Shown one piece after another: positions 36,712 through 44,616 of a stretch of DNA of 56,750 bases. Under the pieces are notes generated by a model, which worked only from the letters and a program-made list of their open reading frames with translations, made no database searches and was not told the origin of the DNA. The position numbers were made by a program, and so were the translations under genes. Positions within the stretch are counted from its first letter, which is position 1. Each line of letters begins with the position of its first letter. Source of the DNA: Gemmatimonadaceae bacterium (GTDB lineage Bacteria; Gemmatimonadota; Gemmatimonadetes; Gemmatimonadales; Gemmatimonadaceae); NCBI GenBank assembly GCA_041743365.1, contig JBGTMW010000341.1, forward strand, positions 1 to 56,750. The letters run 5' to 3'.

Positions 36712-37659
36712 TTACTGGTTCCGGGGACCTGTCGTGTTCCGGAAAACAGCTCGTGATTCCGATTGCTGCACTACCTGCTCAGTTTGCTGGATGGTCTCGA
36801 AGCTGAGCTGAAGCACTGAACGTCCCGTACTCTCGACGAGATGGCCTCCCAGGAGATCATAGGTAAACCTGGTTTCCGATTTTCCTTGTCCCGAAATGCT
36901 GATCCTGCGTACGCCCTGTGTTCCGGAACCATTCACGCCAAGCTCGGTCAGACGTATCACGCTGATGAGATTTCGAGTCGTGGAGGAGGGGTCAACCTGA
37001 AAGGTCGATCGGCTTACGACGGTGAGGGGGACCCCGCCACGACACAGGACCACAGAGCTCGAGTCGGTCCAGCTCTGGCCATGACTCATCGCTGATGGAA
37101 GCTCGAGATGCGTATCCCGGACCAGACCTCGTGCAGCCTCTTCCATCGTATCGCACTTCGACCGCAACACACTGGAATCCTCGGCGGATTCCAGTGCTAT
37201 CGGTCTGAGCGGGAGTTCCACTTCCACTGGAACGAGGAGCTGCCGTGGCGAAATTGTGGTGTCCCTGGTCGACACGACAGTGAGTGAATCCACGAGCGCT
37301 GAAACCGCAAGTCTTCCATCACTGGAAGCGATCAGGTACGTCAGCGATGCAGTTGTCCGCACCGTATCCTCCGCTGGCACGTTGTCCGCTCCTCCAACTG
37401 TTACGATCGCGGTCTGCTGCACATCGTAGCGAAACATCCCTGGCTGATAGGTAAATGACGACGGTGTCATCACCTCGGGTAGCGTTGCCGGCGTGGTGTC
37501 GGAAGGTTCACGAGCAACAGGATACGGATCTCGGACGGAGCCGGTTCCTGAAGCACAACCAAGGCCTAGCCAGACGAGGGCAAGGTGAGAAAAACGCAAA
37601 GTCCGTCCTTTGTCGAGAAGTTTGCCGTAAAAAAGACGGCAGAGCGTGGGTTTCCCCAT
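36712..37659 (-). CDS. hypothetical lipoprotein
   Basis: Signal peptide with lipobox WLGLGCAS. I recognise no family. Confidence 0.45.
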   Translation of the reverse strand: MGKPTLCRLFYGKLLDKGRTLRFSHLALVWLGLGCASGTGSVRDPYPVAREPSDTTPATLPEVMTPSSFTYQPGMFRYDVQQTAIVTVGGADNVPAEDTVRTTASLTYLIASSDGRLAVSALVDSLTVVSTRDTTISPRQLLVPVEVELPLRPIALESAEDSSVLRSKCDTMEEAARGLVRDTHLELPSAMSHGQSWTDSSSVVLCRGGVPLTVVSRSTFQVDPSSTTRNLISVIRLTELGVNGSGTQGVRRISISGQGKSETRFTYDLLGGHLVESTGRSVLQLSFETIQQTEQVVQQSESRAVFRNTTGPRNQ

Positions 37660-37711
37660 AGTAGTTTGATCGAATTCTTCTGGAGGGTACCCTGGAGTGT
37701 CGGAAAGGCAA

Positions 37712-37741
37712 CAACCCCCATGTTTTTTCTCATGAGGGTTG
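37712..37741 (-). terminator. hairpin terminator downstream of rnpB
   Basis: On the minus strand, CAACCCUCAUG-AGAAAAAA-CAUGGGGGUUG forms 11 bp including one G-U pair. UUGCCUUUCC follows. Confidence 0.45.
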
Positions 37742-37748
37742 CTGGTCT

Positions 37749-38141
37749 TACAACCACTGATCTATAAGCCGGGTTCTGTCGGGTGAGATTTCCCACCCGG
37801 ACGGTCATTTCTCTCGGTACGTGGTCACCCACGTACTCCAGCAGTCTACCCGCGGCGTACCTTCGAGCTGGGCGCCCTCTCGCCGCCTATTTGACCTTGC
37901 TCCAACTGGGGTTTACCGTGCCGCTGACGTTACCGCCAGCGCGGTGGGCTCTTACTCCACCTTTTCACCCTTACCTGCAGAACAGCATTCGGCAGGCGGT
38001 CTGTTTTCTGTGGCACTGTCCGTCGTGCATTATTTACTTGCACGCCCAGGAATTACCTGGCAGTCTTGCCCAGAGGAGCCCGGACTTTCCTCGAGTTGGC
38101 CTGTGTTTCCGGCCAGTCGCGACCGTCCGATCAGTGGTTTG
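37749..38141 (-). ncRNA. rnpB: RNase P RNA, bacterial type A
   Basis: Minus-strand motifs are GAGGAAAGUCCGGGCUCC (38075..38092), ACAGAACCCGGCUUAU (37764..37779), GGUAAGGGUGAAA, AGUGCCACAGAAAA and CACGGUAAACCCC. P1 pairs AACCACUGAUC (5') with GAUCAGUGGUU (3'). The ends are accurate to about 5 nt. Confidence 0.9.
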
Positions 38142-38462
38142 GATCTTCTGCCGGAATATAAGCCCCTTGGAGTACTGCTGCATCCCGGTTGCTCCTTCCG
38201 GGCACCAAGTGCGGGCGCACTCCGGCGCACTCCGCTCCTTTAAGTAGCCGAGCCCATTGGCGAGGAGCTCACCCCCTCGGATCAGCCAGCTCATCCTTCT
38301 CGATACGAGTTGTTCAGAGGGGGCCTCAGGGCTTATCGTGCCGCTGTGCTACTAATTATCCGATCAAGGTAGCCCGAAGATACTAATTGCCGGGGTATTT
38401 GAGGCGCTTTCTTGCGTTCAAGGTTGCCGCTTTAGGACCGTTAGGCTACTTAATCCCCCTGG

Positions 38463-39575
38463 TCAGTCGACGAGCCGCAGCGGCATTACCAGGCAGAGAT
38501 ACTTTCCGGCATCAGACCAGCCTTCGGGTTCTATCGTAGCGGCCCGCTCAGGAGCCTTGAAGGTCAGACGAACCTCGTCAGTGGGCATGTACCGAAGAAT
38601 CTCGAGCAGGTATGTCGCATTGAATCCGATCTCGAGTGGATCCCCCGTATAGCGAACCGGCAGCTCATCCTGTGCATCTCCCAGATCTGGTGTCTGTACA
38701 CTCAGCTTGAGCATTCCCGCATTGAATGCGAGGCGAATCCTATGAGTCTGATCCGACGCGATTACAGACATTCGCTTGAGGCCACTTGTCAGTGAGGCCT
38801 TGTCTGCGATAGCTACTCTATCGTTGTCTCTCGGTATTACCTGATCGTAGTTCGGATAGGGTCCTTCGATCAGCCGGGTATAGACGGCCGTCAGAGGAGA
38901 CCTGAATCCGAGGTGGTTGTCGCCTCGGGCAATCTCGAGATCTTCGTCTGCCGGAAACAGCCGGCGAATCTGCTCCAGGGCCTTGGGAGGAACAATCAGC
39001 TCGCTGGGTGACGTCCCGTGTGCACTCGCCGGTATTTCCATCTTTGCGAGTCTATGGCCATTGGTCGCCACCATTCTCATGAGATCGGGGCGCAGCTCCC
39101 AGAGCACCCCATTGAGGATGGGACGACTTTCTTCCGCAGATACCGCAAATACGGTATGTGAGATGAGTTTCTGAAGATCACCGGACCGGACCTGCCAGCT
39201 TTCCTGAAACTGAACGGTCGGAAAGGCTGGAAACTCATCCTTCGGGAGACCAAGCAGTTTGAACCTGGAGCGGCCACATTCGAGAGTCACCCGCTGTTCT
39301 CCAACTGCACTCACCTTCACGGGTGATGGTGGAAGCTCTCGCGCTATTTCGTTGAGCTTCTTGGCTGGTATCGTCATGGCTCCCGGAGCCTCGACGTCAG
39401 CAAGAACTTCCGTACTGACTGCAATATCGAGATCCGTTCCGGAGAGACGAATCCCTCTCTCCGTAGTCTCTATCAGAATGTTCGCCAGTACCGGCAGCGT
39501 GGTCTTCGCAGGAATGCTCGCTGCAACCGCCGTCAGGCCATCTTGCAGCTTTTCCCGCGAGATCGTGAAACGCAT
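38463..39575 (-). CDS. dnaN: DNA polymerase III beta sliding clamp
   Basis: 370 aa, starting MRFTISREKLQDGL.., with the three-domain clamp pattern. It lies directly downstream of dnaA. Confidence 0.95.
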   Translation of the reverse strand: MRFTISREKLQDGLTAVAASIPAKTTLPVLANILIETTERGIRLSGTDLDIAVSTEVLADVEAPGAMTIPAKKLNEIARELPPSPVKVSAVGEQRVTLECGRSRFKLLGLPKDEFPAFPTVQFQESWQVRSGDLQKLISHTVFAVSAEESRPILNGVLWELRPDLMRMVATNGHRLAKMEIPASAHGTSPSELIVPPKALEQIRRLFPADEDLEIARGDNHLGFRSPLTAVYTRLIEGPYPNYDQVIPRDNDRVAIADKASLTSGLKRMSVIASDQTHRIRLAFNAGMLKLSVQTPDLGDAQDELPVRYTGDPLEIGFNATYLLEILRYMPTDEVRLTFKAPERAATIEPEGWSDAGKYLCLVMPLRLVD

Positions 39576-39807
39576 CCTCGCTCCTGTGTGGACATACCAG
39601 GCTTCCTTGCTGGTAATGTCTAGATAAAAGAGAAAAGAACAGTAGTAACAGTAGTACCTGGGGACTCGTGGACAAGTCCGGCAAGTGAAGGAATGTCTTG
39701 TATTTGAGGGCCGAGTGGCTTTGTCGAATCGCTGTCGATCAGGGTGGAAAGGTTCGAAGTTCTCCTTTGCCGATGACGGGTCACGTGGATAAACGATCCA
39801 GGAACGA
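39576..39807. other. oriC: candidate oriC segment in the dnaA-dnaN intergenic region
   Basis: DnaA-box-like 9-mers (consensus TGTGGATAA) are CGTGGATAA at 39784..39792 (1 mismatch), TGTGGACAT at 39587..39595 (2 mismatches) and CGTGGACAA at 39667..39675 (2 mismatches). An AT-rich stretch at 39618..39656 contains a tandem 9-mer ACAGTAGTA x2. Confidence 0.45.
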
Positions 39808-41196
39808 TCATATCCTCATGGTTTCCAACAATGTTCTGAGCCGGAGAATACGATTCTTCGTAATCGGATCTTCTACCAGAACCGAATGGACCCGCTCGAG
39901 ACTGTGAATCACGGTCGAGTGATCACGGCCGCCGAAAGCATTTCCTATTTCGACGAGCTGAAGACCCAGAAGCTCCCGGCTGAGAAACATGGCAATTTGG
40001 CGAGGCGTAGTAATCTGCCTGGTACGAGTTTTCGATTTCAGCATCTCCACTGTAACACCCCATTCCTTGGCGACGGCATGCTGAATGGCGCTCAGGCTCA
40101 GGCTTCGGGAAGACTCCGGACCGTTCGAATCCGTCATGCCGAGCTTGTCCCGGAGAGCACTTCGTGCCAGCTCGATCGAAATGTCCTGACGTTTCAGCGA
40201 GGCGTACGCGAGAAGCTTGATCATGGATCCCTCCAGCTCGCGTACATTCGAGCGGACATTCTCGGCAACGAACCGGATTACATCCTCCGGAATCGTCAGC
40301 TCGAGATGATCCAGTCGAGCCTTGTGTTGCAGAATGGCAATTCTATGCTCCAAGTCCGGAAGCTCTATGTCAGCGACCATTCCCCAGGCAAAACGACTGA
40401 CTAGGCGGGCCTCCAGCCCGGGAATTTCGGTAGGGGGGCGATCGCTCGTCAGCACTATCTGACGACCAGCCTCATACAGGGCATTGAAAGTGTGAAAGAA
40501 CTCCTCCTGGGTAGCTTCCTTGTTTTTCAGGAACTGAACATCGTCCACGAGCAAAAGGTCGGTTTCGCGATAACGGCGTCGAAAGTCCGGAGTCGTCCGT
40601 CCATGAATCGCGGCGATCAGTTCGTTCGTGAACTGTTCGGCGCCTATGAACACCAGACGAGTTTCGGGCTTCTGTTCAATGATGTGGTGAGCCACAGCCT
40701 GCATGAGGTGTGTCTTTCCAAGTCCTGTATCCCCGTAGAGAAAGAGAGGGTTATAGGTCCGGCCAGGAGCCTCAGCGATCGCCTGTGCCGCCGCCGCTGC
40801 CATCTCGTTGGACTTGCCGATCACGAAATGATCGAAGGTGTATCGGGTGTTGAGTGGCGCTGTAGTGGCGTCCTGACCACGTATCTGAGCCGTGGATTTA
40901 TCCGGAAGACTGACGAACAGGTCCATTTGAGATCGTGATTTTCGCTCGTCATTGACCCGGAAGACCACTGTCATTGGATGTCCGAGAGCAATAGGCGCAA
41001 GACTCGAGAGCATGTCAGCGTGCTTCGAATCATTCCAGTCAGCAGCGAACTGGTCAGGGGCTCCTACAAAGATGGTAGAGCCTACGACCTCCAATGCTTC
41101 GGTAGGCTCGAGCCAGCTGCGGAACGTCTGCTCCGGCAACTCCTGGCGAGCTTGATTGAGCAGGCGAGTCCAGATTTCGTTAGGGCTGAGGCTCAT
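39808..41196 (-). CDS. dnaA: chromosomal replication initiator protein DnaA
   Basis: The AAA+ Walker A motif is GDTGLGKTHL and the box VII region is also present. The C-terminal DNA-binding motif is PRQIAMFLSRELLGLQLVEIGNAFGGRDHSTVIHS. Confidence 0.95.
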   Translation of the reverse strand: MSLSPNEIWTRLLNQARQELPEQTFRSWLEPTEALEVVGSTIFVGAPDQFAADWNDSKHADMLSSLAPIALGHPMTVVFRVNDERKSRSQMDLFVSLPDKSTAQIRGQDATTAPLNTRYTFDHFVIGKSNEMAAAAAQAIAEAPGRTYNPLFLYGDTGLGKTHLMQAVAHHIIEQKPETRLVFIGAEQFTNELIAAIHGRTTPDFRRRYRETDLLLVDDVQFLKNKEATQEEFFHTFNALYEAGRQIVLTSDRPPTEIPGLEARLVSRFAWGMVADIELPDLEHRIAILQHKARLDHLELTIPEDVIRFVAENVRSNVRELEGSMIKLLAYASLKRQDISIELARSALRDKLGMTDSNGPESSRSLSLSAIQHAVAKEWGVTVEMLKSKTRTRQITTPRQIAMFLSRELLGLQLVEIGNAFGGRDHSTVIHSLERVHSVLVEDPITKNRILRLRTLLETMRI

Positions 41197-41293
41197 TTAG
41201 CGAATGTGGAAAAGTCTGGACAGGGGGCGCGAAGCTAGAAGAGGCATGTTGGAAAGTCAATGGCGCGAGGCATGGTCCAAAGCGCGCATTCCC

Positions 41294-41322
41294 TTGACGT
41301 ATCTACACTTGCCGACTACGTT
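41294..41322 (+). promoter_or_regulatory. possible rpmH promoter
   Basis: TTGACG, a 17-nt spacer, then TACGTT. The element ends about 50 nt upstream of the rpmH ATG. Confidence 0.35.
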
Positions 41323-41373
41323 TCTCCGGCTCTGGCCAAGTCTGGCAACGTCAGTTCCTTCTGGAGTTCATCC

Positions 41374-41538
41374 ATGGGCAAGCCTACCTACCGTCCCCGC
41401 AACAAGCGCCGGATCAAGACCCACGGATTCCGGCTACGTATGTCTACCAAATGGGGACGTGAAGTGCTTAGCCGGCGTCGCAAGAAGGGTAGAAAGCGTC
41501 TCACCGTCCAGCTGCCGACCAAGTACGCCGGCGCCTGA
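41374..41538 (+). CDS. rpmH: 50S ribosomal protein L34
   Basis: I moved the start to [32 protein letters not shown], with GGAG 7 nt upstream. Confidence 0.93.
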   Translation: MGKPTYRPRNKRRIKTHGFRLRMSTKWGREVLSRRRKKGRKRLTVQLPTKYAGA

Positions 41539-41560
41539 GCACACATCCTATCCGCGCCGG

Positions 41561-41893
41561 CTGAGGCTGACTCGCGGTTCGGATCTGCAGAAGGTAATGC
41601 GCGAAGGGAAGCGAGCTCGAACCGGCCACCTCGAGGTTCGGTTCCTCGCTTCCCTTCTTCATCATCTACGGGTTGGAATCATTGTCCCGAAGCATGGTCG
41701 CTCGAGCGTGGAGCGTAACCGCCTTAAGCGGAGACTTCGGGAGATTCTGCGCCGTGAGATTGTTCCTGCAATATCAGAGCGATCGATGGATGTCGTCGTG
41801 CGCACGAATTCTTGCGCATACGAGCTGGGATTCGAGGCACTTCGTCTGGAACTTCGAGAGGCCATGCAACGCCTGTTTGGCCGTTTCCCGTGA
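41561..41893 (+). CDS. rnpA: ribonuclease P protein component (start codon uncertain)
   Basis: The RNR motif is ERNRLKRRLRE. The N-terminal RLRLTRGSDLQKVMREGKR aligns with the conserved RLxxxxxFxxV region. The first in-frame ATG (41597) lies inside that region, so a CTG at 41561 or another non-ATG start is implied. Confidence 0.8.
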   Translation: MRLTRGSDLQKVMREGKRARTGHLEVRFLASLLHHLRVGIIVPKHGRSSVERNRLKRRLREILRREIVPAISERSMDVVVRTNSCAYELGFEALRLELREAMQRLFGRFP

Positions 41894-41900
41894 TCCGTAA

Positions 41901-42110
41901 ATGCGGCCAGTGCTGATCGCACTCGTTCGGGGATATCAGATTGTACTCTCGCCGCTTCTTCCAGCTGCGTGTCGATACCATCCAAGCTGCTCCATGTATG
42001 CGATTGAAGCGCTCGAACGTCACGGTGCTGCACGTGGTGCATGGCTCGCGATTCGGCGCATTGCTCGCTGTAACCCATTCAGGCCGGGCGGTTTTGACCC
42101 AGTCCCCTGA
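41901..42110 (+). CDS. yidD: membrane protein insertion efficiency factor YidD
   Basis: 69 aa with the motifs [17 protein letters not shown] and [14 protein letters not shown]. Confidence 0.9.
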   Translation: MRPVLIALVRGYQIVLSPLLPAACRYHPSCSMYAIEALERHGAARGAWLAIRRIARCNPFRPGGFDPVP

Positions 42111-42126
42111 ACTCGTGATTCGATAG

Positions 42127-43791
42127 ATGGAGAAGCGACTCTTCCTTGCGATGATTCTCACGGCGCTGGTCCTGGTCGTGATGCCACGCCTTTTTTCCGG
42201 CCCTCCGGTATCGTCTCGAACGGCAGTTCCTGACAGCGCCATGATGGACTCCGGACGTCAGGATAGGAGTAGACGGTTGGCGGAGGCTGCCCCGGCGACG
42301 CCTCCGGAGCAGAGTAGTATGCTGGAGCAAGCGACGATGCCGGCACCGGCACCGGCACCGGCACCGGCACCGGAGACGACACTGGTCGAAATGCCGACGA
42401 GCCTTTACCGGTTCTCGAATCGTGGAGCGACCCTGGTTGGCGTAGAGCTGAAGCAGTACGAGGCGCTTACGCCCGATCGTGGTCAGGTGGAAATGGCGCG
42501 TGAGAGTGAAGCCCTTCTTCGTTATCGCCTGGCACTTCCGGAAGATACGGTCGTTCTCGACAACGTATCGTTTCAGACAGAGCGATCCGGGAGCCTCCTG
42601 ACCTACCGTGCGACCATTCGAAGTGCACAGCTGGCCATCTCGTATGCCTTCGTTCCGGACAGCTATGTCGTGCGAGTCAGCGGGACAGTTGAAGGCGTCA
42701 ATGGATCCTCTGCGTTGCTGATCGACCTTCCTCGGGGAATCAGGTCGGAGGAGGCAGACACGGTCGAAGACCAGCAACATCTGGCTTATGCATACAAGCC
42801 GGTAATCGGCAGTACACGAAGCATTTCGTTCAAGAGTCTCGATCCCGGTGAACAGGCACGACATGTAGGGCCGATCACCTGGGCGGTCGCCAAGAACAAA
42901 TACTTCCTTTTTGGCTTGCTGACCCCTGAGGGAGATGCACCCTTTCAGGATATTGTCGCGGTTGGTGGACCGCGCACATCGAAGGCTGCCACTACGGCAA
43001 GTGCTTCCGTAATGGAGCCGGTCACCGACGGTCGATTCGCATTTGAAATCTATGCAGGGCCGCAGGACTCCCGCCGGCTGACTGCCATGGGTCGCGATTT
43101 CAAGAACGCGAATCCCTATGGGGGATGGCTCCAGGGAGTCGTTCAGCCATTCGCAACGATCGTGATGCAGATACTGCTGTGGATTCGTGACACGTTCAAG
43201 CTGAACTATGGCTGGGTGCTGGTCATTTTTGGAGTTGCCGTACGGATAGTGCTTTGGCCGTTGAATCAACGTGCAATGCGAGCCAGCCTTCGAATGCAGC
43301 AGATCCAGCCTCAGCTGATGGAGGTACAGAAGCGATATCAGAGCAATCCCGAGAAGCAACGTGCCGAATTGATGCGTGTATACAAGGAGCACGACATGAC
43401 TCCCTTCAGTCCGATGGTGGGGTGTCTTCCGATGCTTCTCCCCATGCCGATCCTGTTTGCGCTGTTTTTCGTTTTTCAGAACACCATTGAATTTCGCGGT
43501 GTTTCCTTTCTCTGGCTGCCGGACATCTCGCTCAAGGATCCGTTCTATATCGTTCCAGTGCTGATGGGTGTATCGATGTTCGTCCTGTCATGGATTGGAA
43601 TCCGCAATGCACCGCCGAATCCGCAGGCGAAGATCATGGCCTATTTCTTCCCGATACTGATGACTGTGTTCTTTCTGAACTTCGCGTCGGGCCTGAATCT
43701 CTATTATGCGGTGCAGAACATAGCCGCACTTCCACAGCAATGGCTGATAGCGAACGAACGCGCGAAAATCACGCCTCGAAAGCCAACGTAG
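42127..43791 (+). CDS. yidC: membrane protein insertase YidC
   Basis: N-terminal TM helix, a large periplasmic domain, and the conserved C-terminal core (NYGWVLVIFGVAVRIVLWPL, MQQIQPQLMEVQKRY, GCLPMLLPMPILFALF). Confidence 0.93.
   Translation: MEKRLFLAMILTALVLVVMPRLFSGPPVSSRTAVPDSAMMDSGRQDRSRRLAEAAPATPPEQSSMLEQATMPAPAPAPAPAPETTLVEMPTSLYRFSNRGATLVGVELKQYEALTPDRGQVEMARESEALLRYRLALPEDTVVLDNVSFQTERSGSLLTYRATIRSAQLAISYAFVPDSYVVRVSGTVEGVNGSSALLIDLPRGIRSEEADTVEDQQHLAYAYKPVIGSTRSISFKSLDPGEQARHVGPITWAVAKNKYFLFGLLTPEGDAPFQDIVAVGGPRTSKAATTASASVMEPVTDGRFAFEIYAGPQDSRRLTAMGRDFKNANPYGGWLQGVVQPFATIVMQILLWIRDTFKLNYGWVLVIFGVAVRIVLWPLNQRAMRASLRMQQIQPQLMEVQKRYQSNPEKQRAELMRVYKEHDMTPFSPMVGCLPMLLPMPILFALFFVFQNTIEFRGVSFLWLPDISLKDPFYIVPVLMGVSMFVLSWIGIRNAPPNPQAKIMAYFFPILMTVFFLNFASGLNLYYAVQNIAALPQQWLIANERAKITPRKPT
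42340..42373 (+). repeat. hexanucleotide tandem repeat (CCGGCA)x5 encoding (PA)n in the YidC linker
   Basis: Five perfect CCGGCA units plus a partial sixth. It translates to PAPAPAPAPAP. Confidence 0.9.
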
Positions 43792-44609
43792 ACGAACCAT
43801 CCAGCGCCGATGTTGCCGACGCCTGCGGAATCCAGGGCGTCCGAGTCACGTACATCGGGCATGCCACCGTTCTTCTCGAGATCGGTGGAAAGCGGATACT
43901 GACGGATCCGAACTTTGATCCGGCGCTGGCTCGCTTCCTGAGGCGGGTATGTCCCCCTGGTCTTTCACTGGATCAGCTTCCAGCCCTTGATGCAGTGCTC
44001 GTGACGCACGCACATGCGGATCACCTGTCATTCACCTCGCTCTCCGCACTGCCTCAGGACATTCCCGTGTATGCCCCGGGTCCGGTTCAGCAATGGTTAC
44101 GCAAGTCCGGGTACGAGCAGGCTCGTGCACTGAATCCCGGGGATGCCGTGCAGCTGGGCGATCTCACCATTCATGGCTCGATGGCGGAACACAGAGGCAG
44201 CCGGTATGGCTTCGATCACTGGCGTCGTGCCGCCAACATGTATCTGCTCGAAGCTCCTGACAGTTCATGCTTCTTCGCGGGTGATACAGGGCTGACGTCG
44301 ATGACGCATAGAATGGTGGAAACCATTCTTCACCCAGCCGGCCGTCAACTCGATCTCGCGCTGCTGCCAATTGGCCACGCACCCTGGTGGAAGCCGGCTT
44401 TCCGACGCGGACACCTTTCGAGCGACGACGCGCTGGTTCTGTTCGAACGCCTCGGAGCCCGATACCTGATTCCATATCACTGGGGAACCTTTCATCATTT
44501 GACGGCGGGTCCGTTCGATGCGATCGCAAAGCTGCGCTCGTCACTCGCGGAGCATCCTCGTCGTGGCGACGTAAAGGTTCTGGAGCCCGGGATGACCTTC
44601 GCATTCTGA
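43740..44609 (+). CDS. MBL-fold metallo-hydrolase
   Basis: The protein has VTYIGHATVLLEIGGKRILTDPNF and the HxHxDH motif THAHADH. The start is uncertain. ATG 43740 overlaps yidC by 52 nt, and there is no in-frame ATG or GTG between the yidC stop and the conserved core. Confidence 0.75.
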   Translation: MADSERTRENHASKANVDEPSSADVADACGIQGVRVTYIGHATVLLEIGGKRILTDPNFDPALARFLRRVCPPGLSLDQLPALDAVLVTHAHADHLSFTSLSALPQDIPVYAPGPVQQWLRKSGYEQARALNPGDAVQLGDLTIHGSMAEHRGSRYGFDHWRRAANMYLLEAPDSSCFFAGDTGLTSMTHRMVETILHPAGRQLDLALLPIGHAPWWKPAFRRGHLSSDDALVLFERLGARYLIPYHWGTFHHLTAGPFDAIAKLRSSLAEHPRRGDVKVLEPGMTFAF

Positions 44610-44616
44610 GTTGGAC

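Noticed and set aside
38150-38226. Possible SRP (4.5S) RNA on the minus strand. The sequence UGGUGCCCGGAAGGAGCAACCGGG resembles the helix-8 GGAA tetraloop plus AGCA motif, and the helix is closed by GCCGGA/UCCGGC.
   Set aside because: The near-universal 5' AGG of the symmetric loop is replaced by UGC, and the stem under the tetraloop would have a C-A mismatch. The element ends only 9 nt before rnpB P1 and contains a plausible rnpB -10 element (TATATT). I kept it only as part of the unassigned-spacer finding, and an Infernal scan would settle it.
39744-39775. GGTTCGAAG in the dnaA-dnaN spacer, considered as a tRNA T-loop.
   Set aside because: The flanking bases do not form a 5-bp T stem, and no acceptor or anticodon arms can be built.
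42340-42373. Short tandem repeats checked as possible CRISPR arrays: (CCGGCA)5, the 32-bp duplication at 9269, the 10-mer x2 at 38214 and the 9-mer x2 at 39639.
   Set aside because: None shows a repeat-spacer architecture. They have only two to five directly abutting units and no cas genes nearby.
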